This document shows, piece by piece, positions 31,272 through 42,069 of a stretch of DNA of 64,000 bases; positions within the stretch are counted from its first letter, which is position 1, and each line of letters begins with the position of its first letter. The notes beneath the pieces were generated by a model, which saw nothing but the letters and a program-made list of their open reading frames with translations, made no database searches and was not told where the DNA came from. Location: NCBI GenBank assembly GCA_964489065.1, contig CAZAXH010000002.1, forward strand, positions 278,177 through 342,176, written 5' to 3'. The DNA comes from an uncultured Planctomycetales bacterium. GTDB taxonomy: Bacteria; Omnitrophota; Gorgyraeia; Zapsychrales; JANLHA01. The position numbers were made by a program, and so were the translations under genes.

Positions 31272-32746
31272 GGAAATATATGCGGCTTGCAGACCTGTTA
31301 AGAAACATTTATGAGGACGTCCTCCCGGAGGCGAGTGAAGATATTGATGTGCAGGGTGTGTGTTCGGATTCCCGCCAGGTTTCCCCGGGGAGTCTTTTTG
31401 TCGCTCTCCGGGGGCCCAAGGAGGACGGCATTCGTTATATCTCGGATGCCGTTCAAAAAGGAGCCCGGGTTGTTGTGACGGATGGCGCAGTCTGGCCTGA
31501 CGGAGTGCGCGTCCCTTGTGTCCTGAAAGTGCCGGACGCCCGGGATTGTTTGCAGAAGCTGGTATGGCGTTTTTACGGGGAGGCCTGCCGGGGACTGCGT
31601 ATTATCGGGGTTACGGGCACCAACGGGAAGACCACGATCACATATCTTGTTGAGTCTATTTTGAGTCAATCGGGAAAAAGTTGCGGGGTTGTGGGGACGG
31701 TGAATTCCCGTCTGGGGGACACGGTGTGGCCTTCTAAAAATACCACGCCTGGTTTAGTGGAGAATTTTCGGTTTTTATCGGACATTGTTTCCCGGGGGGC
31801 AGACGCCTGTGTTATGGAAGTATCGTCCCACGGGTTGCATCAGGGGCGGGTGGTCGGTGTCCCTTTTGCGCAGGCGGTTTTAACCAATGTCACGCAGGAC
31901 CACCTGGATTACCATAAAGACATGGAGGAATATTTCCTGGCCAAGTCACGGCTTTTTGTTACGCTTTCTCCGCAAAGCACAGCGGTGATTAATGGGGATG
32001 ACCTTTATGGCCGGAGATTGTGTTCTATGACGGCAGGACGGCTCCTGACCTATGGCATCGATAGCCCGGCGGATTTCATGGCCGAGGATATCCGCCTGAC
32101 ATTAAGCGGGACGGAATTCTTAGCCGTTGGCCCTTCCGGACGCTTTCCGGTTAAGACCGCTTTAATCGGTAAACATAATATTTATAATATTTTGGCCGCT
32201 TGCGCCGTTGGTGTCGGAGAGAATGTTTCTTGGCAGGATATTCAGCGCGGGATCAAGGCCTGCGAATCTGTGCCTGGGCGGATGGAAGCCATCCGTTGCG
32301 GACAACCCTTTCACGTTTTTATTGATTACGCGCATACGGACGACGCCCTGCGGAATGTTTTGTCTGCGATTAAGGCCATTTCCAAGACCAGAATTATTCT
32401 GGTCTTTGGGTGTGGTGGGGACCGGGATACAGGCAAAAGGCCGAAAATGGGACGTGTGGCATCTGAATGGGCCGATCGGGTGATTGTGACAAATGACAAT
32501 CCCCGGAGTGAACCTCCGCAGAAGATTATTGAGCAGATTTTATCAGGTTTTTCTCATCATCATTACCGGGTTATTGAGGACAGGGCCGCGGCGATTGAAG
32601 CTGCGATCCAGGAGGCTGGAGAAGGGGACGTCGTGCTTGTGGCCGGGAAAGGCCATGAGAATTATCAGATTTTCAGAGACCGGACCGTTCCCTTTGACGA
32701 GCATGCCATCGTGCGGCAGTGTTTATATAAAAAGATGTCGGGATGA
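31268..32746 (+). CDS. murE: UDP-N-acetylmuramoyl-L-alanyl-D-glutamate--2,6-diaminopimelate ligase
   Basis: Mur ligase with GVTGTNGKTT P-loop. The DNPR motif indicates meso-DAP specificity. ATGA overlap with ftsI. Confidence 0.9.
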   Translation: MRKYMRLADLLRNIYEDVLPEASEDIDVQGVCSDSRQVSPGSLFVALRGPKEDGIRYISDAVQKGARVVVTDGAVWPDGVRVPCVLKVPDARDCLQKLVWRFYGEACRGLRIIGVTGTNGKTTITYLVESILSQSGKSCGVVGTVNSRLGDTVWPSKNTTPGLVENFRFLSDIVSRGADACVMEVSSHGLHQGRVVGVPFAQAVLTNVTQDHLDYHKDMEEYFLAKSRLFVTLSPQSTAVINGDDLYGRRLCSMTAGRLLTYGIDSPADFMAEDIRLTLSGTEFLAVGPSGRFPVKTALIGKHNIYNILAACAVGVGENVSWQDIQRGIKACESVPGRMEAIRCGQPFHVFIDYAHTDDALRNVLSAIKAISKTRIILVFGCGGDRDTGKRPKMGRVASEWADRVIVTNDNPRSEPPQKIIEQILSGFSHHHYRVIEDRAAAIEAAIQEAGEGDVVLVAGKGHENYQIFRDRTVPFDEHAIVRQCLYKKMSG

Positions 32747-32779
32747 TCACAGCGGATGAAGGAGAATAAGGGGATTTCC

Positions 32780-34168
32780 ATGTGGACGATACGGGATATC
32801 TTGCAGGCGACCGGCGGCGTGCTTCAGCAGGGGGGCGAGGAACAGAGGCTGAAGAATGTTTCGATTGACAGCCGCACGATTAAACCCGGCGCGTTGTTTA
32901 TTGCCATTCAAGGAAAAAATTTTGACGGCCATCAGTTCGTGCTGCAGGCCCTCCGGAAAGGCGCCCGGGGTGTCGTCATATCAAAGCTGATGGAGGAGAA
33001 AAATTTCCTCCCCGGGGCCGCCGTTATCAAAGTGCGGGATACGAGCGACGCCTTGGGGGACATCGCCGGGTATACTCGGGGGCAATATCGTATTCCTGTC
33101 GTAGCGATCACGGGATCCGCCGGTAAGACTTCAACGAAAAACATGTTGGCAGCGGTGTTGGCGTCCCACTACCAGGTCCTGGTGAATCAGGGCTCTTTTA
33201 ATAATCAGATCGGGGTGCCGTTAACGATGCTTCGTATGACTCCGCGGCATCAAATCGCGGTCTTTGAGCTGGGAACCAATCAGCCTGGCGATATCCGGCG
33301 GCTGTCCTCCATTGTTAAACCAGACGTGGCGGTTTACACGAATATCGGCGAATCGCATCTGGAGAAATTGAAGAGTCCGGGATATGTTTTTAGGGAAAAA
33401 AGTCAACTGGTGAGGGATTTAACGCCGCACGGCCGGATTATTTTTAACAAGGATGATAAATATTTAAAAAAATTTAATAAGAAGTTTAATAATGATAAAA
33501 TCATTTCTTATGCGATTCAGGATCCGTCCGCCGATTACCGGGCGACAAATATCGAGCGGATCCGGCAGGGCAGAGCCTTGCGTTTTCTTGTTAACGGAAG
33601 GCATCCGGTGATCCTGCGGACCCCGGTCCAGGAGAACGTTTATAATGCCCTGGCAGCCATTGCCTGTGCCAGGCTTCAGGGGATTTCTTATGGGGCCGCC
33701 TCCGCGGCGTTGGAGAAACACCGGTTTTCAAATCAGCGGCAAGCGGTTCAGCGGTTGGGGTCATTCTGGTGTATTGATGATTCGTATAATGCGAATCCGG
33801 TATCGATGCGTAGCGCCCTTTCCACACTGGATGCGTTCCCCGTTAAAGGGAAACGGGTTTTGGTGTGCGGAGATATGCTTGAACTCGGGCCACGGTCTAA
33901 GGCGCTTCACCGGGATATGGGAAAATTTATCGCCCGGACGAAGATCGGGGTTGTTTTGGCTTATGGCCCGATGTCTTTTTGGCTCGCTGATCAGGTGAGA
34001 CAGGACAATAAGTCGGTACGGGTCGAGCATTTCTTGTCTTTGCCGGCCCTGCATCAGGATCTTTCGTCCTGTCTGGCTCCGGGCGATGCTGTTCTGATTA
34101 AAGCATCCCGCGGCATGCACCTGGAGGCCACGGCGGCTTTTTTAAAAAAACAATTGAGTGAAGGATAG
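32780..34168 (+). CDS. murF: UDP-N-acetylmuramoyl-tripeptide--D-alanyl-D-alanine ligase
   Basis: AITGSAGKTSTK P-loop. Mur ligase middle and C-terminal domains. The start at 32780 (GGGGA RBS) is preferred; 32756 is also possible. Confidence 0.9.
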   Translation: MWTIRDILQATGGVLQQGGEEQRLKNVSIDSRTIKPGALFIAIQGKNFDGHQFVLQALRKGARGVVISKLMEEKNFLPGAAVIKVRDTSDALGDIAGYTRGQYRIPVVAITGSAGKTSTKNMLAAVLASHYQVLVNQGSFNNQIGVPLTMLRMTPRHQIAVFELGTNQPGDIRRLSSIVKPDVAVYTNIGESHLEKLKSPGYVFREKSQLVRDLTPHGRIIFNKDDKYLKKFNKKFNNDKIISYAIQDPSADYRATNIERIRQGRALRFLVNGRHPVILRTPVQENVYNALAAIACARLQGISYGAASAALEKHRFSNQRQAVQRLGSFWCIDDSYNANPVSMRSALSTLDAFPVKGKRVLVCGDMLELGPRSKALHRDMGKFIARTKIGVVLAYGPMSFWLADQVRQDNKSVRVEHFLSLPALHQDLSSCLAPGDAVLIKASRGMHLEATAAFLKKQLSEG

Positions 34169-34173
34169 CCGGG

Positions 34174-35268
34174 ATGTTTTATTATTTTACTCAGTTAAGA
34201 GAATTCTTTTTTGTCTTTAATATTTTTAAGTACATTACTTTCCGGGCCACCATGGCGGCGGTGACGTCCTTTTTCATTTGCATCTTGGCCGCCCCTGTCG
34301 TGACCCGGATATTCCAGCAGTGGCGTATCCGCGAACACGCGCGGCGGAAGGACTGCCCTGGCTTGGCGTCTTTTCATGATAAGAAGGAAGGCATCCCGAC
34401 CATGGGGGGCATTTTTATCATGGGCAGCATCCTTGTGTCGGTCTTGTTGTGGGCGGATATCGGGAACCGGTATATTGTCTTGTCCCTCCTGACCGCCCTT
34501 TATCTGGCGATTCTTGGTTTTGTGGATGATTATGTGAAATTGACAAAATCCGGCCAGCACGGTATCCGAGCCAGGACAAAATTTCTATGGCAGATTCTTT
34601 TGGGATGCTTTATCGGTTCGTATGTCTTTTTTAATCCGGATACAACGCCGCATTTCGCCACGCAGTTGGATGTCCCTTTCTTAAAAAATATGCTGGGGCT
34701 GGGATGGCTTTATGTCCCGTTTATCGCGCTGGTCATCATCGGGACAAGCAACGCGGTGAACCTGACGGACGGGCTGGACGGGCTAGCCATTGGGTGTGTT
34801 TTGATTGTCAGTGGCACGTTGGCGATTCTCTGTTATATTACAGGAAACGTCAATTTCAGCCAATATTTGTTTGTCCCGTATGTCGCCAATACCGGGGAAC
34901 TGACGGTCTTTTGTGCGGCGATTGCGGGGGCCAGCCTGGGGTTTTTATGGTTCAATTGTCATCCGGCCACGATTTTTATGGGGGACACGGGGTCCTTGTC
35001 CCTCGGGGGATGCCTGGGGGTTATTGCGGTGTTTATTAAAAAAGAGTTGTGGCTGATCCTCCTGGGAGGGATTTTTGTGGCCGAAGCCATGTCTGTTATC
35101 CTGCAGGTTTTTTCGTTTAAGATGACCGGAAAACGTATTTTTAAAATGGCCCCGTTGCACCATCATTTTCAGTTGTCGGGATGGCACGAGTCCAAAATTA
35201 TCATACGCTTCTGGATTATCGGAATCATTTTTTCCCTTATGACGTTGGCGTTATTAAAAATCAGGTAA
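34174..35268 (+). CDS. mraY: phospho-N-acetylmuramoyl-pentapeptide transferase
   Basis: Ten-TM MraY with DDxxK-like (VDDYVKL), NAVNLTDGLDGLA and HHH motifs. Confidence 0.95.
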   Translation: MFYYFTQLREFFFVFNIFKYITFRATMAAVTSFFICILAAPVVTRIFQQWRIREHARRKDCPGLASFHDKKEGIPTMGGIFIMGSILVSVLLWADIGNRYIVLSLLTALYLAILGFVDDYVKLTKSGQHGIRARTKFLWQILLGCFIGSYVFFNPDTTPHFATQLDVPFLKNMLGLGWLYVPFIALVIIGTSNAVNLTDGLDGLAIGCVLIVSGTLAILCYITGNVNFSQYLFVPYVANTGELTVFCAAIAGASLGFLWFNCHPATIFMGDTGSLSLGGCLGVIAVFIKKELWLILLGGIFVAEAMSVILQVFSFKMTGKRIFKMAPLHHHFQLSGWHESKIIIRFWIIGIIFSLMTLALLKIR

Positions 35269-35269
35269 A

Positions 35270-36544
35270 ATGGACGTATTCAATAAAAAAGTAACGGTCC
35301 TGGGGGCGGCTAGAAGCGGATTGGCTGCAGCGGCGTTGCTTGGCCGGAAGGGGGCGAAGGTTTATGTGTCCGAACAGGGAGGGATTGAAAAATTCCCCCC
35401 TGATTTTTTGTCTTGGGCTCGGGCTGCCGGAGTTCAGATCGAGGCGGGAGGGCACACGCGGGAGTTTATCGCCGGGAGTACTTTGGTGGTGGCCAGCCCG
35501 GGGGTTCCTTTCTTGGCTCCGCCTCTGGTGTGGGCGAGGGAGCAGGGCATTAAAATTTGGGGAGAAATTGAACTGGCGTTCCATTATTGTCCGCCGCCGG
35601 TTATCGCCGTGACCGGCAGCAACGGGAAAACCACGGTCGTGACCCTGATCACGCAGGTTTTGAACGCAGCGGGCAAGAAGGCGGTGCTGTGCGGGAACGT
35701 CGGCACCCCGTTCTGCGACTGCGTGGACAAACTGGAGGACGCGGATTTCGTCGTGCTGGAAGTCAGTTCTTTCCAGTTGGAGACCATCGAAGATTTCCGC
35801 CCTTTTATCGGGGTGTGCTTGAATTTCAGCCAGAACCATCTTGACCGGCACAAGGACATGGAAGAATATTTTAACGCTAAAAAACGCCTGTTTGAAAATC
35901 AGGGACCCGGTGATTACGCCGTATTGAACGAACAATGCGAACGTTTTAAAGAAGCGGCGCAGGCGTTCCGTTCCCAGGTTGTTTTTTTTAACCGTCCCGG
36001 TGATGCGCTGGCTGGAGCGGGGGGAAATCCGAATTTTTTGGCTGTTTTAGCGGTCTCCCGGACGCTGGGGATCGCCGATGACATCGCTTGGAGCGTGTTC
36101 CGTTTATTTCCCGGCGTCGAACACCGGATGGAGAAAGTCCGGATTCTGGATGGCGTTGAGTATATCAATGATTCAAAGGCTACGACAGTCGAGGCCGGAC
36201 GGTGGGCGCTGGAGAGCCTGGAACGGCCGGTTATTTTGATCTGCGGGGGCCGGGACAAGCATCTCGATTATTCTGTCCTGGCGGGCCTTGTCGGCAGAAA
36301 AGTGAGGGCCATGATTGCGATCGGCGAAGCCCGGGGGAAATTCAGGCAGGCCTTTGCGGGATGTGTCCCTTTCGAAGAGGAGGGCAGTTTGGCGGCCGCT
36401 GTTGCTTTGGCTCGGCAGAAGGCGCGCGAGGGGGATTGTGTCCTTTTGAGCCCCATGTGCGCGAGTTTTGATATGTTTAAAAATTTTGAAGAACGGGGCG
36501 CTGTGTTTAAAAGCCTTGTTCGCGATTTGCCGGAGGGGGCGTGA
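35270..36544 (+). CDS. murD: UDP-N-acetylmuramoylalanine--D-glutamate ligase
   Basis: N-terminal Rossmann motif (VLGAARSG) and GSNGKTT P-loop. Confidence 0.9.
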   Translation: MDVFNKKVTVLGAARSGLAAAALLGRKGAKVYVSEQGGIEKFPPDFLSWARAAGVQIEAGGHTREFIAGSTLVVASPGVPFLAPPLVWAREQGIKIWGEIELAFHYCPPPVIAVTGSNGKTTVVTLITQVLNAAGKKAVLCGNVGTPFCDCVDKLEDADFVVLEVSSFQLETIEDFRPFIGVCLNFSQNHLDRHKDMEEYFNAKKRLFENQGPGDYAVLNEQCERFKEAAQAFRSQVVFFNRPGDALAGAGGNPNFLAVLAVSRTLGIADDIAWSVFRLFPGVEHRMEKVRILDGVEYINDSKATTVEAGRWALESLERPVILICGGRDKHLDYSVLAGLVGRKVRAMIAIGEARGKFRQAFAGCVPFEEEGSLAAAVALARQKAREGDCVLLSPMCASFDMFKNFEERGAVFKSLVRDLPEGA

Positions 36545-37632
36545 TGCGGGATATCCGGATATCCATAGCCACCATAACGTTATTTTTGATCTTTTTAGGA
36601 ATCACAATGATTTACAGTTCCAGCGGGATTTATGCGATGCAGGTCCTGGGGGACCGTTTGTTTTTTTTGAAAAGGCACATTTTTTTTGTTTGCGCCGGGT
36701 TGATCTCTGCCCTGGGTTGCATGGCGTTGGATTATCGCGAGTTCCGGAAGGTCGCCAAACCTCTCTTGCTTTTTGCGGTGTTCCTCCTGGTTCTGGTGTT
36801 GGTCCCAGGCATAGGGAAAGCCAGTTATGGGGCTCAGCGCTGGTTCAGATTGGGCCCGGTTTATTTTCAACCGTCGGAGATGGCCAAAATATGCGTGTTG
36901 ATTTATATGGCCGACTTTTTGGCCAGGAAACAACAGGAGGTTAAAAGTTTCCGGAAGGGGTTTCTGCCCGCGCTTCTGGTTTTGGGGGTGATTTCTCTTT
37001 TGATATTGAAACAGCCGGACCTGGGGAGTATGCTGTTAATTTTTTCCGTATCGCTGATTATGTTATTTGTGGCCGGGGCAAAACTGAAATATTTGTGGGC
37101 GCTGATACTGGCCGGGCTGCCCGGTTTTTATTTTATGGTTGTCAGGGTCCCGTACCGTTGGAGAAGAATCGTGGCCTTTCTCGACCCCTGGGAGGATGTG
37201 CATGGCGCGGGGTTTCAATTGATCCAGTCCCAGGTGGCATTCGGCAATGGGGGTTTTTGGGGGGTAGGCTTGGGGAAAAGCGTGCAGAAGCTATTTTATC
37301 TTCCGGCCGCCCACACGGATTTTATTCTGTCTATCATTGGTGAGGAATTAGGGTTTTTAGGGGCGTTTTTGGTCATTGCCCTTTTTATGTGTTTTATCTG
37401 GCAGGGAAGCCGTATCGCCAAAAGAACGCAGGATCTTTTCGGATATTATTTAAGCGTCGGGATTGTCGCTTTAATCGGCTTGCAGGCGGTGATCAATGTC
37501 GGGGTGAGTATTGGGGCGCTCCCCACAAAGGGGTTGCCGCTTCCGTTTATCAGTTACGGGGGGTCTTCGCTGGTCTTTAATATGATATCCGTCGCATTAT
37601 TGCTGAATGTTTCCCGTGTCGAAGACCTTTAA
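36541..37632 (+). CDS. ftsW: peptidoglycan glycosyltransferase FtsW (SEDS family)
   Basis: Ten-TM SEDS protein carrying the conserved LPxxHTDFIL and PLPFISYGGSS motifs. Confidence 0.9.
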   Translation: MMRDIRISIATITLFLIFLGITMIYSSSGIYAMQVLGDRLFFLKRHIFFVCAGLISALGCMALDYREFRKVAKPLLLFAVFLLVLVLVPGIGKASYGAQRWFRLGPVYFQPSEMAKICVLIYMADFLARKQQEVKSFRKGFLPALLVLGVISLLILKQPDLGSMLLIFSVSLIMLFVAGAKLKYLWALILAGLPGFYFMVVRVPYRWRRIVAFLDPWEDVHGAGFQLIQSQVAFGNGGFWGVGLGKSVQKLFYLPAAHTDFILSIIGEELGFLGAFLVIALFMCFIWQGSRIAKRTQDLFGYYLSVGIVALIGLQAVINVGVSIGALPTKGLPLPFISYGGSSLVFNMISVALLLNVSRVEDL

Positions 37633-37695
37633 GTATGATACAATGCATTTTTCTTGCGGGGACCGCCGGAAGCGCTGTGGTAGGCGGGACAAGCC

Positions 37696-38757
37696 ATGAC
37701 ATTTGTTTTTGCCATATCAGGGAGCGGAGGGCATATTTTACCGGCTCTTAAAGTCGCCGAGCATATGTCCGGACGGGGACACCGGGTCGTTTTTATGGGG
37801 GATGTCCGGGATTTTTCCTCTTTAGTGGAGAAAGGCGGCATCCCGTGTTATCCGTTAGATGTCTGCGGTTTGTCAGCCCGTTCTTTGAATACGATGGGCG
37901 TGTGGTTTTTTAAGATGATTTTAGCCGTGAGAACGGCGGGGCGGCTTTTAAAAGAGCTGAATCCCGCGGTTGTGGCCGGATTCGGCGGCTATGGAAGCGC
38001 GCCGGTGGTGCTGGCCGCTATTTCCCTCCGAATCCCGACGCTGATTCACGAACAGAACGTGCTCCCGGGGCGGGCGACGAAAGCATTAAGCCGGTGGGTG
38101 ACAAAGGTTGCGGTCAGTTTTGAAGAAACGCGCCGGTATTTAAAATCGGCTGCGGTTGTCACGGGGTGTCCGGCCCATGAACCGCGGGACCATTGGGATA
38201 GGAAACAGATTTTAGCCGGCTTTGGCCTGGACGAAGGCGTGTACACAATCCTTGTTTTGGGCGGCAGTCAGGGCAGTCAGGCGATTAATTCCGCGTGGCT
38301 GAAAAGCATATCGTTGCTCAAGGAGCGCATGGATTTTCAGGTCATTCATCTTGCGGGGTCCAAAAATTATGAGCTGGTAAGAGAGGAATACGGCCGCATG
38401 CGTTTGCGGGCTTGCGTGCTGCCTTTCCTCGAGGATATGCCGTCGGCCTACAGTGTGGCGGATATGGCTGTTTCCAGGGCCGGTGCCGTTTCCGTCACGG
38501 AATTGTCGCTTTTCGGCGTGCCGGCCATCCTGATTCCGTATCCGCATGCCGGAGGGCATCAGAAAGAAAACGCTGCTGTCCTGGTGAATCAGGGATTAGG
38601 GCTGATGATTGAGGAAAGCCGTGTGTCCCCGGAGGCCTTGATGGCTGCGGTTGAGAAAATAAAAATGGCCAGGGAGGCCCCAAGGCAACGGGGTGCTGAA
38701 TGGGGTCGTGAGGCGGGGGCCAGGCTTGCTGAAGAAATTCTGGAATTAACGAAATAA
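37696..38757 (+). CDS. murG: UDP-N-acetylglucosamine--N-acetylmuramyl-(pentapeptide) pyrophosphoryl-undecaprenol N-acetylglucosamine transferase
   Basis: GT28 fold with N-terminal GGSGGHI motif and C-terminal donor-binding region. Confidence 0.9.
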   Translation: MTFVFAISGSGGHILPALKVAEHMSGRGHRVVFMGDVRDFSSLVEKGGIPCYPLDVCGLSARSLNTMGVWFFKMILAVRTAGRLLKELNPAVVAGFGGYGSAPVVLAAISLRIPTLIHEQNVLPGRATKALSRWVTKVAVSFEETRRYLKSAAVVTGCPAHEPRDHWDRKQILAGFGLDEGVYTILVLGGSQGSQAINSAWLKSISLLKERMDFQVIHLAGSKNYELVREEYGRMRLRACVLPFLEDMPSAYSVADMAVSRAGAVSVTELSLFGVPAILIPYPHAGGHQKENAAVLVNQGLGLMIEESRVSPEALMAAVEKIKMAREAPRQRGAEWGREAGARLAEEILELTK

Positions 38758-38842
38758 GCGGGGCTTTCTTAATCAGAGAGCCGGTGATTTTTTTAATATG
38801 CCGATAAATGTGGTGGAAGATCATAAACACCGGGTGGGGACC

Positions 38843-40222
38843 ATGCAACAACAGTATCATTTTGTAGGCATCGGCGGCATTGGTATGGGGGCCTTGGCTT
38901 CGCTTCTTTTATCCCGGGGAGAAAAAGTGTCCGGGTCCGACGTGAAGGACGGCCCGATGATCCGCACTCTGGTGGAGCGCGGAGCCGTTGTGCATATCGG
39001 GCACGATGCCGGGTATCTGGGGCAGGCAGATAAAGTGGTTTACTCGTCCGCGATTAAAGACGATAATCCGGAGATCCTGTCTGCCCGGGCTGCGGGGATT
39101 CCCCTCATGAGAAGAGCTGAGCTCCTTGCGGAATTGATGGGTGGAGCCACGGGCATCACGGTCGCCGGAGCGCACGGTAAGACCACTACCAGTTCGATGA
39201 TCGCCCATATGCTGCTGACCGCTGGATTAAAACCCACGGTGGCGGTGGGAGGGGTGATCCGGGGGCTTGATGTGAACGCCGTGCTGGGGGCCGGGCAGTA
39301 TTTTGTCGCGGAACTGGATGAGAGTGACGGCAGTTTCCTTTTATTCCATCCTAAAATTTCTGTTGTGACTAATATTGATTTTGAACATGTGGATTATTAC
39401 CAAACATGGGCCAATATCCTGCAGGCTTATCAGCAGTTTTTGTCCCAGACCCAGCCGGACGGCACGGTTATCGTCTGCGGGGAAGATCCCCGTCTTATGG
39501 CGCTGCTTAGAACTATCCGCGGCAGGGTTTTGTCTTATGGCTTTCAGCCGCAGCATGACCTGAGCGCCGTGGATATCAAAGTCAGCATGGCTGACCGTCC
39601 GCAGACTGTTTTTACCGTCATGAAGGACGGTCGGCCTTTAACGGAAGTCGTTCTTCCGGTCTTGGGGCAGCACAATGTCTTGAATGCCCTAGCCTGCCTG
39701 GGGGCCGGCCTGACTTTGGGGCTGGATGTCCGGGATGCCGTTCAGGCCCTGAGCGTTTTCCCGGGCGTGAACCGCCGGTTGCAGTTGAAAGGGCGTGTGG
39801 CCGGGGTGGCGGTGTACGATGATTATGGACACCATCCGACGGAAATACGGGCTGTCCTTAATGCGGCCCGGATGCTCGCCCAGAAACGTTTGATCACGGT
39901 GTTTCAGCCGCACCGTTACTCCCGGACGAAGTTTTTATTGGAAGAATTCGTTTCTGCCTGGAAACAGACCGATGTTTTATTTATAACCGACATTTATGCT
40001 GCCAGCGAGGCCCCCTTGGCGGGGGTTAGTGCGGAGAGCCTGGCGGCGCGGATTCGGGAGGCGGGCATGAAAGAGGTATATTATATGTCCCGGGAAACCC
40101 TTGTCACGGAATTGTGCTCTATTCTGGAAGTGGGAGATACTGTTTTAACCCTGGGGGCGGGGGATATCTATAAGACCGGAGAAAACCTTTTGGCCTGTTT
40201 GCCCACGGCAGCTAACCTTTGA
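38843..40222 (+). CDS. murC: UDP-N-acetylmuramate--L-alanine ligase
   Basis: HFVGIGGIGMGALA N-terminal motif and GAHGKTTT P-loop. The start at 38843 was chosen from the alignment. Confidence 0.9.
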   Translation: MQQQYHFVGIGGIGMGALASLLLSRGEKVSGSDVKDGPMIRTLVERGAVVHIGHDAGYLGQADKVVYSSAIKDDNPEILSARAAGIPLMRRAELLAELMGGATGITVAGAHGKTTTSSMIAHMLLTAGLKPTVAVGGVIRGLDVNAVLGAGQYFVAELDESDGSFLLFHPKISVVTNIDFEHVDYYQTWANILQAYQQFLSQTQPDGTVIVCGEDPRLMALLRTIRGRVLSYGFQPQHDLSAVDIKVSMADRPQTVFTVMKDGRPLTEVVLPVLGQHNVLNALACLGAGLTLGLDVRDAVQALSVFPGVNRRLQLKGRVAGVAVYDDYGHHPTEIRAVLNAARMLAQKRLITVFQPHRYSRTKFLLEEFVSAWKQTDVLFITDIYAASEAPLAGVSAESLAARIREAGMKEVYYMSRETLVTELCSILEVGDTVLTLGAGDIYKTGENLLACLPTAANL

Positions 40223-40235
40223 TGCGAGGATCGTT

Positions 40236-41231
40236 ATGACACAGGATAACACTATTTCTTTAGGCCGGATCGGAGTTCTGATGGGTGGCCCGTCTTCAGA
40301 ACGGGACATCTCAATCAAGTCGGGGAAAGCGGTGACGGCGGCCCTGCAGGAGCGGCGTTGTGATGTGGTTCCGGTTGTTTTGGATTCAACGGAGGAAGAT
40401 GTCCTGGCCACCCGTCTCAAGGAGGAAGCAGTTGACATCGTTTTTATTGCTTTGCATGGGGCTTTTGGTGAGGACGGGACTGTGCAGAAAATTTTGGAGG
40501 AGAGGCATATCCCTTATACCGGGTCGGGATCTGCGGCCAGCCGGGTGGCCATGAACAAAATTTCTACATTGGAGAGATTAAAGCCGGTGGATATCCCGTC
40601 CCCGGGGCATGTTGTTTTGTCTTTCGGCGAACAGAAGGGTTTTCAGGAAGTGTCTGAAAAGCTGGGCGGAACGACGTTTGTGGTCAAACCGGCTTCGCAG
40701 GGATCCAGCATCGGCATCAGCCTTGTTTCTTCCGGGGAGGCTTTCCAGGAAGCACTTCGGAATGCGTTTGCCCTTGATACGGAGGTTTTGGTGGAACGGT
40801 ATGTCCGGGGAAAAGAGATCACGGCGGGAATCCTCGGCGGGGAGGCGCTGCCGCTGGTGGAAATCCGTCCTCGCTGTCCGTTTTTTGATTTTCAGGCGAA
40901 GTATCAGTCGGGCATGAGCGAGTATATTGTTCCGGCGGAAATCTCTGCTTCCGCCACGCGGCGTATTCAGGGGTTGGCCGCTCAGGCCTTCCGGACGCTG
41001 GGATGCCGGGATTTCGCCAGGCTTGACTTTATCCTGGATGGGCAAGACCGGCCGTTTTTCCTGGAGGCCAATACGATCCCGGGATTCACGGCCACCAGCC
41101 TGTTGCCCATGGCGGCCCGGGCGGCCGGGTATGATTTTGGAACTTTGTGCCTGAAAATCCTGGCCTTGGCGCAGGAAAGGGAGAGCCGGACGTCTTCGAC
41201 GTCTCATGAGGGGAATGCCGTTAAATCATAA
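40236..41231 (+). CDS. ddl: D-alanine--D-alanine ligase
   Basis: ATP-grasp fold with VLMGGPSSERDIS ... ALHGAFGEDGT and ... EANTIPGFT motifs. Confidence 0.9.
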   Translation: MTQDNTISLGRIGVLMGGPSSERDISIKSGKAVTAALQERRCDVVPVVLDSTEEDVLATRLKEEAVDIVFIALHGAFGEDGTVQKILEERHIPYTGSGSAASRVAMNKISTLERLKPVDIPSPGHVVLSFGEQKGFQEVSEKLGGTTFVVKPASQGSSIGISLVSSGEAFQEALRNAFALDTEVLVERYVRGKEITAGILGGEALPLVEIRPRCPFFDFQAKYQSGMSEYIVPAEISASATRRIQGLAAQAFRTLGCRDFARLDFILDGQDRPFFLEANTIPGFTATSLLPMAARAAGYDFGTLCLKILALAQERESRTSSTSHEGNAVKS

Positions 41232-41263
41232 GGGCTATAACTTTTGAGGAAGTGGAGTTTACG

Positions 41264-42028
41264 ATGGCACGAAAAAAGGTGAAACAAGAACAGGGGAGCA
41301 GAAAAGCCGTTAAGGGCATTATGGCAGGAATCGTGGTCGTTGCCGCCGTTGTTTTTACCGGCGACCGGATCATCTGGTTTTTTAATAATGCCGACGTTTT
41401 TAAGATCAAGGACATTCAGAAAGAACCGTCCCTCCAGTATATGCAGTCCGATCTTATCGATCGGTTGCCCGGCCGGAACATTTTCTCCGTGGACATCAGA
41501 TCATTGCAGCGGCGTTTTCAAATGCAGTTCCCGGAGGTGGACAGCTTAAAGGTCAGCAGGAAGTTCCCGGATACGATTGTGCTGTCCGCCAGGAAAAGGG
41601 AGCCGTTTGCCATTCTGACCAATAACGAGCAGGATGTGTTGTTGGACCGGGAAGGGTATATCTTGTCTTTCAAGAATCTCCCGTCGTCCCGCTACCCGCT
41701 GATCGCAGGATATGCCGGGCAGAATGATTATATCCTGGGGCGGCCGTTGCGGGACGATAAAGTTCAAGTCGCCTTAAAGATTATTTCCTCCGTGGGGGAG
41801 CAGGCCTCCCTGACAGACTGGTCTTTAAAACAAATCGATGTCGGCAACCTGTCGCAGATTCATTTGTTGTTTTCGAATGATTTGAAGATTATCCTGGACC
41901 GGGACAGGATCCCCCAAAAAGTCAAGACGCTGGCTGTTCTCATGACGCAGGGAAATTTCGACATTAAAAATATTAACTACATTGATTTGCGGCTTAAAGA
42001 CCCGGTGATCAGTTATCTTAAACAATAA
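41264..42028 (+). CDS. ftsQ: cell-division protein FtsQ (POTRA-domain bitopic protein)
   Basis: N-terminal TM (GIMAGIVVVAAVVF) followed by a POTRA-like domain. Canonical position between ddl and ftsA. Confidence 0.7.
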   Translation: MARKKVKQEQGSRKAVKGIMAGIVVVAAVVFTGDRIIWFFNNADVFKIKDIQKEPSLQYMQSDLIDRLPGRNIFSVDIRSLQRRFQMQFPEVDSLKVSRKFPDTIVLSARKREPFAILTNNEQDVLLDREGYILSFKNLPSSRYPLIAGYAGQNDYILGRPLRDDKVQVALKIISSVGEQASLTDWSLKQIDVGNLSQIHLLFSNDLKIILDRDRIPQKVKTLAVLMTQGNFDIKNINYIDLRLKDPVISYLKQ

Positions 42029-42069
42029 AGAAAAACCGTTTGTGTTTTTCCGTATGTCCTGGGGGGAAG